Below, piece after piece: positions 51,930-62,801 of a DNA stretch of 64,000 nt. Numbering within the stretch: position 1 is the stretch's first letter; every line of letters starts with the position of its first letter. Source of the DNA: Callorhinchus milii (lineage: Eukaryota); NCBI RefSeq assembly GCF_018977255.1, contig NW_024704743.1, positions 40,984,001 to 41,048,000 on the forward strand, given 5' to 3'. The position numbers and the translations under genes were made by a program. Under the pieces are notes generated by a model. It did no database searches, was not told the DNA's origin, and saw only the letters and a list, made by a program, of their open reading frames with translations.

Positions 51930-52178
51930 GGCGGTTTTAACTAGTCAGACTCCGGCAATACCCCAACGCTCATCCCCAACTCTTAGTTTTTGCCAACCTG
52001 TGCCTCATACTTTCCGGAATTAAATAAGCAGGATGTGTCCCTCCAGGGAGAGAGTGTGCATTTCATTCCAACAATCTATCGCTGGAATTTCCATGTGTAG
52101 GTGGGATGCATGGAATTCTCAGTTTGGCACGGTGTTGGATTTCCGCATGTTTCAGACACCTGGCTGACCGAAAATAAA
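51930..52178 (+). repeat. Repeat X copy
   Basis: gtcagactccggcaataccccaa...atactttccggaatt...ggaatttccatgtgtaggtgggatgcatggaattctc...tcagacacctggctgaccgaaaataaa. Confidence 0.85.
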
Positions 52179-54104
52179 TTTGGCCCATTCTTTAGCAGAA
52201 ACGAAAATGACTTTTCATGATGACTTATTTTATAGTTTCGGAAAGTTTGCTTCTTGTGGATGCTCGTGGATACCAGGAATGCCAGTATTATGGAACACTA
52301 TGCTTTTTTGCATGCAGTGACAGCATCAAATACCTCCAAGTCAATTGCAACGTGATCAAGTATTGGGTACGATTCTGTCTACCCCATTCCAAGGAGGTGT
52401 TTTTAATTGCAATCAGACAATCTTTTAACAGAATATTTTGTTATTGGAGTGACTTCTGAATTGTTTCTGGGCTTGATCAGACAAAATGGGGAGAAATCCA
52501 CAATTCCTTGTATCTACCATCCACCCAGTGAGTGCTCTTTCTAGAGCACCATGCTGCTCGTAGTTTAGTGAGGTGTATGTTAAGCTTTGCAAGGTAATGC
52601 AGATGGGGGATATTAAAAGTTTAGAAAATATGAAATTGCATTTCTGAAGCAGAAAGAGCCATATTCTGCATCAGATTATTTTGCAGTTAACCTAGGATAC
52701 TTGCACTTGGTGCAAACAGTGAAAAAACATTGAATTCCACAAATTGACATTCTGGTCTCCATGAGTGCATAGTTAAACACAAACAGTATTTTGTACTAGA
52801 ATCAAACAGTAGATAAATATGATTTGATTTAATGGATACCATTATCTTTTTCTACCATGGACCATCAAAGCTGTAATCTGAATCCAAGTAAAAACATCAT
52901 GGGACACCCATATATTTATGAATTTGTGACAGTGAGCAATTATAATATGATTTAGATTTATAGTATAAGCTCACACTGCCAAAATTTTATACATTTACAA
53001 ACGATTTAGAGAAAAATTATCAGTATGTTTACAAGCAAGAGTCAAAACAATATGTTGCATCAAAATCTCGAACATGTTTTAAACCCAGAGTTGATTTTAT
53101 ATTGACTATGAATGTTGACAGGGCTCCCAGTAAATGTAGGCTACTGTTACTGGTTTGAACAGTGACTTTTTAGTGACTCCAGGGATAAGAATAATATATT
53201 AAAAAAATTGTGTGAGTTTGTAAAAGAATGCAGAGATGAATCTGCAATTCTCCATGGGATAAGTTCCTGCTTGCTATAAACTGAAGTCATTTGAATGTCA
53301 GTTCAGAGGCAGTGAGGCTTCAAAGTAAATTTTTTGAAGTTTTTTTTGTGTGCTACCCACCCCCAAAAAAATCAATGTTGATATTCTCCAAACATGTAAA
53401 TAATAGCTCAAATAGAGAGTGAGCAGAAGAGTGCATGCAAGCTGCTGAACCAATCACTCAATTCAATGCTTGTTTCATCCTCAAAGGAATACAGCTGATG
53501 TAGACGACACACACCAATAAAACCTTTAATAAGCAAAAAAAAGCAGCAAATGAATGGTGCTCTCACATTCGTCTGACCTCCACATCAGTGGAAGTACAAC
53601 AGCGTCAAGTTTCTGAATTCTCTGCCTTAATGTTATTCAGATAAACAGTGTATTAGCTGCACTCTTTTCATGCTCTGATTCATAAACCAAAAGGCTGACC
53701 TTTTTCTCGATTTCCCTGAGTGCTGATGCTCTTTTAAGCTACTGGTTCACTGAGTGTTTTATGTTGGTAATAAATGTAGAACCAGGCCTAAGCTATGCTT
53801 CAGAATTGAAGCTTCCCTCTGTCGTTTTATACCGATCCTTAATGCATGGTGAGCTGCAGTTCTCCAGTTCGGGAGAGGTGTTGAGTGCTGTATTTACCTT
53901 CAGGCAAAAAGCCCCCTGGGCTGTTCTCATTCACCTCATAGTGGTCAGCTGCAGAATATCTCATTCAGATTGCTTTTCCCCACTCCTGGCTATAGAAATT
54001 ATATAAGTAGTGACCTTCAAAATTATGAAGGGTTATGATAAGGTAAATGTTAATAGATTATTTGACTGTTCATCAAGTCAGTAACAAGATGGCGCAAATT
54101 TAAG

Positions 54105-54734
54105 AAACTCTGGTCCACGCCTTTATCACCTCAAGGCTGGACTATGGGAACTCTCTCCTCGCCGGCCTTCCCGGCACCTCCCTCCACAAGCTGCAGGTCA
54201 TCCAGAATTCTGCAGCTCGTGTACTGTCCCGCACCAGGCTTCGGGACCACATCACTCGCACCCTCGCTCGCCTCCACTGGCTCCCCATCCCCCAGAGGAT
54301 CGAATTCAAGATCCTCACCCTCACCTACAAGGCCATTCACGGCCTTGCTCCCCCCTACCTCTGCGACCTACTATCCCCCTACTTACCTGCCCGTACCCTC
54401 CGTTCCTCTGGCTCCGGTCTGCTCCACATCCCCCACCCCAACCGCCCTACCATCGGTGGTCGGGCCTTCAGCCTCTCAGACCCTAGACTCTGGAACTCCA
54501 TCCCCCAGTGCCTTCGCCGCCTCCTCCCTTTCCTCCTTCAAGGCCGGTCTCAAAACCTTTCTCTTTGACCGTGCCTTCAGCTCCCCTCTCGACTCTCTAC
54601 CCCCTCCTCGCTCCCTCCCTTCCCTTCCCTCACCCTGACCATTTCCCCCCTGCTCGGGTCCTGACCCAACTGTACAGCGCCTTGGGACGTCCTCCCGACG
54701 TGAAAGGCGCTCAATAAATGGAATCTTGTTGTTG
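54105..54734 (+). mobile_element. Young L2-A, 5'-truncated, with 5-bp TSD
   Basis: CpG-rich with little decay; TTAAG at 54100-54104 and 54735-54739; inserted in a CR1 remnant. Confidence 0.95.
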
Positions 54735-54764
54735 TTAAGGTGGATTTTTTAAAAACATTTAAGA

Positions 54765-55285
54765 TAGGGAATTACAGCACAGAAGAAGGACATTTGGGCA
54801 ATCGAATCAGTGCTGGTTCTTTGAAAGACCAATTTATTCAAGCAAATTTACCTGCATTTCCTTATAACCCTGCAAATTATTGCTCTTTAGACATCTATGC
54901 AGTTCCCTCTTGAAAGATAATATGGATCTTGCCCCGACCACTGCACCTGGTAGGGCATTCCACATCCCAGTAACTCACTTTGTAAAAAAGAAACCTCTAA
55001 TCTCCCTTATTAATTAACTTAAATTGATGCTCTCTAGATACTGACTCACCAATCAGTTGAAACAATTGCTCCCTATCTGCTTGATTAATCCTCTCACAGT
55101 CTCAAAGATTTCTATCAGGAATCCCATCAAACTTTTCTGTTCCACTGAAAATTTGCTAAATTTCTTTGGTGTCATCTCGTAGGGAATTGGCCAAGTTTCT
55201 TTAGTGACATCTCGTAGGTCAAATCACTTATCCCTGGTATCATCCTAGTAAATATGCACCCTCTCCATGGCCCTGACATCCTTTC
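54765..55285 (-). mobile_element. CR1 3' end
   Basis: ttacagcacagaagaagg...ggtagggcattccacatcccagtaactcactttgtaaaaaagaaa, the reverse complement of the FFTQRV..LWNALP-type region plus the 3' UTR. Confidence 0.7.
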
Positions 55286-55734
55286 TGTACATGAGAATCA
55301 TAAAATGCATTGAAGGAGAGGTTAGAAAAAAAATTACACCTAGAGTGGTTGGAATGTGAAACTTTCTCCCATGAATTGTTTCTAAAGGCAATTCGATAGA
55401 TGTTTAGAAAAGATTAATATTAAAGTAAGGGATGCAGCAAGAAAGAGGGAAAAGTGGCTGTGCAGACATGTTAGGCTGATTACCTGCTGTAACATCCCAC
55501 GATGATAGAGGGGAGAATGCAATATTCCAAATGCCATTCTGTTCCTTAATTAATAACACATAATTAAAGAGTTCCACGAGATGGTGGCATCGTAAAGGAT
55601 GAAAAGGGAGCATGTAGATGATGAAAAGGAGAGGAAAGATATAATCAAGCACAGCTTTTTCATCTCCCAGAAGCTAAAATTATTGATTTTCACCTAAATA
55701 ACTACAGTATCCTAAAATTCCAAGCTTGAGCATT

Positions 55735-57130
55735 AAAAACAACAACTTGCACTTATAAGGCGCCCTTCACCAAGGTAGCATCTCAGAACGCTTAATAGTG
55801 ATGGAGCCTGACTCCGAGCCAGGGGGAGGGGGGAGGTGGCCATAAGCACAATCAAAGAGGAAGGTTTACAGGTGCGACTTGAAAAAGGGGAGAGAGGGGG
55901 CAAGGCAGAGGGATTGAGGGAAAGTATTCCAGAGTTTTGAGGCATATTGGTTGAAAGCTCGAACTCTGATGGTGGGGCAGTGTGTGCGAGGATGAGTAAG
56001 ATACTGGTGCCAGTTGAGCGGAGGCGCTGGTTGGTGGAGTGGGGAGTGAGGAGGTCAGAGAAATAGGAAGATGCCAGAGAGTGAATGGATTTGAACATGT
56101 GTGTGAAGATCTTGAAGTTGATCCGTTCAGTGATGGGGAGCCAGTGGAGCCTGGCCAGAACCGGTGAGATGTGGGTATGGAGTTTGGTCCGGGTCAGTAT
56201 GCAGGTGGCAGAGATTTGAATGAGCTGGAGCTTTTGAATGGTGGAGCTGGGGAGACCAGCGAGGAATGCAGTGGAGTAATTCAAGTGGGAGGTGACAAAC
56301 GTAGCCACGAGAGTTTTGACTGCATTTGGAGTAAGTTACGGTCGGAGGCTAGCAATACGGTGGAGTTGGAAGAAGGTGGTCCTGGTCAGGGTCTGGATGT
56401 GGGGGAGGAAGGATAGCTGGGTGTCGAATCGGATGCCTAGGTTGTGCAACTGGTTCAGTGAGTCTGAGGCAGACCCCAGGGAGGTTGAGGAGTTTAGATC
56501 TGCAGGAGTGAAGAAGATTTTGATGGGAGCCAAGGAGTATGGCTTCCGTCTTGTCCATATTCAGCTGTAAGAAGATTACATTCATCCAGGCCTTGATGTC
56601 TGCCAGACAAGCTGATAGGACATCAGCGGACCTGGAGTTGGTACTGGAGAAGGCAAAGTAGATCTGGATGTCATCCACATACATGTAGAAGTTTACCTCA
56701 TGTCTGCGGATGACATTGCTCAGAGGGAGCATATAGATAAGGAAAAGAAGAGGGCCAAGGATGGAGCTCTGGGGTACCCTGCAGGTGATCGGGCAGGGGC
56801 GGGAGGAGAAACCATTCGCTGAGATGAAATGGAGGCGGTTGGTTAAGTAGCGAACTATGCGAGTGCGGTCCCACTAAGGTAGAAGAGAGAGGAGAGTAAA
56901 TGGAGGAGGATGGCATGGTCAACTGTGTCGAACATGGCAGAGAGATCCAGGAGGTCGAGGAGGCAGAGGGAACCCTGGTCACAGACAGAGAGAATGTTGT
57001 TTGTGACTTTGACAAGCGCTGTCTCTGTGCTGTGGACAGGATGAAAAACAGACTGCAGGGGCTCAAGGAGGGAGTGGAGGGAGAGGTGTGACCGTAGTTG
57101 TCCTGCAACAATGCGTTCCAGAGGCCAAAA
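55735..57130 (-). mobile_element. L2-B, 5'-truncated (RT to tail)
   Basis: HSTETALVKVTN, LLDLSAMFDTVDH, MYVDDIQIY, LHWLPITERINFKI; B-type tail aacaacaacttgcac at left. Confidence 0.95.
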
Positions 57131-58231
57131 AGGCAAGTTTCAATGTATTCTGTGGGAATGGGTTGGATTTCTGCAAAAGATTTGCTCCAATCGTGACAAT
57201 TAAATTGCTTGCCTTTACAATGGTTGAAAAGAGACAATCAGTGTGAAATATTCAATCAACATAACACTATCAGCTCACAAAACAAAATTTCTGAAAAATT
57301 TAGTTTATGTATCCTTTTTAAACGTTGAAAGTTTGTTGATTACTTATTGTTATAATTATTTAATTTGCAACCCATTATCTACATCCAAAACTAATAGACA
57401 GAACCCTTTGAACTCCACCAAGAACTCTCTCGTTAAATCACTCGGAAATTTCCTTGTATCAACAAATCTACTGCTCCACTTTTACTTTTATGCAGCTTCA
57501 AGTGATCTCTAGGATTTAGATTTTTGTTTGCACACTTCTCATGTGAAAGAGTCTAGCAGAATTTCATCTACTTTCACAGACAACTGTAAGGAACTGAAGT
57601 GGCAAGCGTGAATTTTATTTCAATTCATACTCAAAGGTGTAGCTTAATGTTGAATGTGGAGAAAAAAGCAAAGTGCGATACTTAGCACTGGCATGGTGAT
57701 AATCATTAGGCTGTTGCCTGTGCACCATCACTGAAACATCACATACACATAGGAAATAACATGTCAAGTGTCGGGGGTGGTGGGAAATATAAGACTTTAA
57801 CCAGTCGAAAATTAAAGCCTGGTTTAATATTGCAATTTAGGGGGTTGTGATAATTAAACCATATTGCTTTTTACACCTCAACACTTACAAAAATGCATAC
57901 AAACTCATGACTCACTGTTTCAGAGAGATGGGTTTCTTGTTCTGAGAGGTTTCGGTTTGGGCTTCACTCTCGTAGTCCAAGTTGGTAGGAATTTGGAAAG
58001 TCGAAGATAAGAATCTGATTCTAATCCAAGTCCTGCAGATTGAACCATATGAAATCAGGAAATCAGTCTCATTCTTTAGGATGTTTCAAGATGATAGGCA
58101 ATGAACTCTGAACAGAGGTCAGAGGTGTTTTTCTTAACTAAAGGAGTATCTGCTTACTTAATTAACAATTAAAGTAAAAACAACAGCAGAGACATCTTAA
58201 TATTGATATTTTGTTGTGGATTTAAATAATA

Positions 58232-59124
58232 AAGTGCACTATGCTACAATTGCATCCAAAATGTTAATAAAGCGTCTAATAGAATTATAATCAGTAGAAA
58301 ACAAGTTAACAGTTCATATTGCAATTTGATGCAATAATTTCCTATTATTTGAAATAAAATAACTTGCAAGGGAACCTTGTTAGATTTTTTATATACTTCT
58401 CAAATAAAAGGCACAATTCCCAGTACATTCACTGTATTCACAATCACTTTACTCAAATTATGTGTCACAAGACCTCATAATATACCTTGGTTTCTTTATA
58501 CCAGAAACATAGATTAATGAAACTCAGTATGATATGATTAACCAAGGTCCCATCTGCCTGTTCCCCAAGGTCCCATGAAAATATTTGAAAAGTTTCTCCT
58601 AATGTCCTGGTCAAAATTCCTCCAATTAAATTGTTTTTTTACCTTCTTGTGGGCAAACGGCTACTATGTTTACCTACAATAACAGTTATAAGACTTGATA
58701 TTAATTACTGTAATATACTTTGAGATGTTTCAAAGTAATAAAGCACTATAAAAATGTAAGTTCTTTCTTTATTTGTATACATTAGTCTATCCTGCCCGTG
58801 GAACTATAATCTGAGTTGAAGAGTTGATGAGTATGATTACTCACAAGAACATTATGTATGTGAATCATTTGATGTTCATTTCAGTAACGTTTTCCAGCTA
58901 ATAATGCTCTTCTTTCTTAATGGTTCCTGAATACCGAGACATGGATTCCAAGGCAACATTAAGCAGTTTAGAGGCGCAACACTCATACATCCTTGTCAAA
59001 AAATGAAGTGTGCTATGCTACAATTGCATTCAAAATGTTAATAAAGAATCTAATAGAATTATAATGAGTAGATACCAGCAAATTAACAGTTCGTATTGTA
59101 TTTTGCTGCAATACTTTCCCATTA
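58232..59124 (+). repeat. Local direct duplication of ~116 bp (58232-58347 and 59006-59124)
   Basis: ctatgctacaattgcat.caaaatgttaataaag..tctaatagaattataat.agtaga...ttaacagttc.tattg occurs twice, 774 bp apart. Confidence 0.9.
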
Positions 59125-59125
59125 C

Positions 59126-59269
59126 CTTTCTATGTAATGCCACATGAAAACTCGAGCTTCCTTCAAAGCATTGTTTTGCTTCTTCACTCTGTCCTGAATG
59201 TATTGCTTGAGACATCCAGTAGTGAATGCATCAGTTCTGGTAAATCAACTGGCAGAACCAATGATGATT
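59126..59269 (-). other. Candidate exon (144 nt), non-coding or start-codon-containing
   Basis: Acceptor ttctctattactcctttgcttttAG, donor AAG|GTAATG. Each frame has a stop, but an ATG at 59215 opens MSQAIHSGQSEEAKQCFEGSSSFHVALHRK up to the donor. Confidence 0.4.
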
Positions 59270-59638
59270 CTAAAAGCAAAGGAGTAATAGAGAACATTTC
59301 TTTCCATGCAGGGATAATTTATTTAACTTAAAGTAAAGCACATTCAATACCTGTCATTGGTACAATGTCCAGGACTAAATGGCCCTTAACATCTATGGTT
59401 ATACTTGCCTTTTCCTATGTTTAAAAAGTTGTGAATTGAATATACTTTGTTTAAAAGTTTGTAGATAAAGGGCCACTTTATTTAAAAGTTGGCATGTGAT
59501 TATTTTCAGTCCCTGGAAATAATTTTGATTACAGAAAACAATACTATTCTCATAACATTGAACAATGGTTTTTAGTGATTCCTGCATTTTTATTTGACAA
59601 GTTCAAAGTGTGTTATTTTTATCCATAGATGATTTTTN

Positions 59639-59752
59639 GCCCACAAATATATAGTCAATTTGCTGTCCAGTATATTCTGTGAAGCGCTTTGAGACATCTA
59701 GAAGACACGAAAAGCACTATATCAAATCCAAGGATTATTATTATTTATTATT
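59639..59752 (+). mobile_element. Young SINE tail starting at an N
   Basis: gcccacaaatatatagtc...aaggattattatt immediately after the ambiguous base at 59638. Confidence 0.85.
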
Positions 59753-60126
59753 AATTGAGTGATTCATTATTGTTGTCAGGTTGGGGAACTATCTGTTTTT
59801 TGATTAACAAAAGGTTCCCTGTTGATTTTCTTTGTGACATTATTTCCCTTTTATATTTCTAAAAACATTTATCTCTTTAATTTTCTGGATTCATATAGTT
59901 TATAAACTGATTACTGACAAAAACCATGTTGTCAGTTGCATTCTCAGATGCTATGGACTCAAAAGATACAAGATTAATCTAATTATTGTAGCAGCTATCC
60001 TGTAGTTTTGTTAGTTATGCACTTGCTTGCTTTCTATTATTAGTGATGTCATTACACACATTGTTTTGACCTCTAATACTTACAGTTCACCAACAAAACA
60101 CAGTCACTGCACTTTCAGTATATTGT

Positions 60127-60419
60127 AATAATAATAATAGTAATCCTTGCAATTGATATAGCGCTTTTCACATGTTCAAGACGTTTTAAAGCGCTTCACA
60201 GAATATGCTGTAAATTGAATTGAATGTACATTTGTGGGCGAAACACGGCAGCCAGTTGCACACAGCAGTGTCCCACAAACAGTCGTGGAGTGAAAATGAC
60301 CAATTTATTATTGATTTGTATTGGAGGGATTATTATTAGGCCTGTGGAGTAAGGAAACTTGCCCAAGGTTTCGCCCTCTGCCTGGAATTGAACCCAAGTG
60401 TCTCGCTTGCAAGGCGAGA
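60127..60419 (-). mobile_element. Young SINE (short form), lacking box A
   Basis: Colinear with 22858-23150; ends in the anticodon arm and is fused to a plus-strand SINE tail (60420-60489). Confidence 0.9.
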
Positions 60420-61239
60420 TATTCTCTGAAGGGCTTTGAGACATCCTCCCAACATGCAAGATGCTGGGCTAAGTGGAAGGATTATTATTCTAATACATTA
60501 TAATCACAAAGTGTGGTATTCTCTAAACAAGACTATTACGTAAAGAATTAATGAGCACATCTGCAAGCTTCACTGATACAGCTGGAGGTGCTGTGAATGT
60601 TAATATTCTTCATTCTAATTAAGTCATCAATATTTTATCCAAATCTGTGAATTAGTTTACTGTAAATTACTATATATGAAAACAGGCCTGTGGACAATAT
60701 TATCCTACTCCTGTAATAATAAATAAAAATATAATCCTTGCATTTGATGTAGCGCCTTATCACGTCTTCTAGATATTTCAAAGCTCTTCACAGAATATAC
60801 TGAAAAGTGAATACGCTGTATATTTGTGGGAGAAATACAGTCCATTTAGATCTGCATGTTTAGATCTCAAATATAGATAGCTTCAGTACAGGAGCAGAGG
60901 CATTTCAACCATTGTGTCTGTACCACTGTTTAACTGTATTATTACCTTTCACCATTAATCCCATGTTTTGTTTTTTTCACCAAATCGGCTTAATAAGGTA
61001 CAATTTGAGATGTTTGATCAGAGGCGGCCCAGATCGGAATCTTCTCCAAGTCCAATTATCTCTGGTAAATTAATGCTGGCATCAATTCTCAAACCACACA
61101 TTTTACCCAATATTTTTTACTGCTCAGGGGCCTATCCAGTTCCGTCTTGATAGAAGTGACTGACAGATGCCAATGATGCAGTTTAGATTGTGTTCAATTC
61201 TTTTCAATCTATTTGAATTCTACATGATTGAGCTATAAA

Positions 61240-61600
61240 GAACAACAAGTAAAATAGGGCCTTTCAAGTTTGAAAAGATGAATCTCAAAGGGGACTTTCT
61301 AAAGGTATTTAATGTCATCAATGGGATACAGAAATAAAGGCAGAACAAATTTTTCAGTTACATCAAGGGAGTAGGATATGAAAGCACAGGTTTCGCATTG
61401 TGAAAGGCAATTTTAGGACAAACACCAGGAATTATTTATTTACACAGATGATAATCAATATCTACAACAGGTTACCAAGAAGAGTGTTTGAGGCCAGAAC
61501 ACTGAATGTATTTATGAAGCAGTTTGATCACTTAACAGTAGAGTAGTTATTCTGATACACTGAGATCAAATGGAGAGAAAAGTCTTCTCCATCCAAACTT
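61240..61600 (+). mobile_element. CR1 3' remnant
   Basis: ggggactttctaaaggtatttaa...ttttaggacaaacaccaggaattatttatttacacag resembles RGDL..VFK...FRT..R..LFTQR. Confidence 0.6.
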
Positions 61601-61723
61601 CTCATTATTTCTGAAAGAACAAAACCTATTAAATGAACTCTTCACACGTACATACTGTTTTTGTGGCTATACCATTGCTGGCTTAAAGTATGTTCACTAT
61701 GTTCATAGTTTTATTACATATGT

Positions 61724-62801
61724 GGAGTTAGCTACCTCAGTGGTTAGAGCACTCGCCTTGCAAACAAGAGACGGAACGATGGATAAGTTTCCTTACTCCA
61801 CACCTCTGTTTACCTAGCAGTAAGTACGAACCCGGTTGTTGATCGATTGGCGGATTGCTTTTCTGAGGATAATATCTCCTTAAAAAATATTGGTCACTCA
61901 ATCCACGACTATTTGTGGGACACTGCTGTGTGCAATTGACTGCCATATTTCGCCCACAGAATATACAGCCAATTCATTTTACAGTATATTCTGTGATGCG
62001 CTTTGAGACATTTCAAAGTCCTTCCCCTTCCCTAGCTCCCTCCCTTGCCACCTTCAAGGCATGTCTCAAGACCCTTCTACCCTCTCTGCCTTCCACCCTA
62101 CCTTAGCCCAATCCAAGCTCCCCCTTACTCAGGTCCACGTCCCCGACTGTCCAGAGCTTTGGGATGTCATCCCGATGTTGCATGACCTGCTCTGCCTTCC
62201 CCCAGCTCTGCAACATTGCCTGGCTCTGCCATTGCCTTACCTCTCAGGATGCCAAAACCCTCATTTACACATTCATCACATCTAGGCTCGAATATGCCAA
62301 CTCCCCATCTTTGCCCAATTTCACTGGCTGCCCATCCTTCAGAGGATAGACTTCAAAATACTCGTCCTCGCCTTTAAGGCCCTCCATGGACTTGCCTCTT
62401 CCTACCTCTGTGACTTGGTAACCTATTATCAACCTGTCCGCTCCCTCTGCTCAGTAGGCTCAGAACTGCTCCACATCCCCTGTCCAGCCTACCCCACCAT
62501 TGGCAGTTGGGCCTCCAGCCTTTCCGCCCCTAACTTTTGGGACTCCATCCCACATTCCCTTTGCCTCGCTCCCTCCTTTGCCTCCATCAAGGCATGTCTC
62601 AAGACCCTGCTCTTCGACCTTGCCTTCGGCCACCCTTCTACCCTCTCTTCCCTCCACCCTCCCTCATCCAAACTCCCCCCAACCCCTGCTCAGGTCCAAA
62701 TCCCTGACTGTCCAGCACCTTGGAACATCCTCCTAACATGAATGATGCTACAAAAACTTAATTTTTTTATTGTTTGTATATCAAATGCAAGGATTATTAT
62801 T
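61724..62801 (+). mobile_element. Nested composite: long-form SINE (61724-62017, 62776-62801) containing two L2-A 3' fragments (about 62018-62180 and 62181-62770)
   Basis: The SINE breaks at gcgctttgagacatttcaa; its terminal tatatcaaatgcaaggattattatt reappears after two tandem L2 pieces. Confidence 0.85.

Noticed and set aside
3410..57237. Long ORFs in the track (e.g. 265 aa at 3488-4285, 191 aa at 27934-28509 and 55733-56308) as host genes
   Set aside because: All lie inside L2 copies and are frameshifted ORF2 pieces or GC-skew antisense frames.
59126..59244. NIMA-kinase-like peptide (GCLKQYIQDRVKKQNNALKEARVFMW)
   Set aside because: Resemblance is loose, an in-frame TGA precedes it within the candidate exon, and no other kinase exons are visible.
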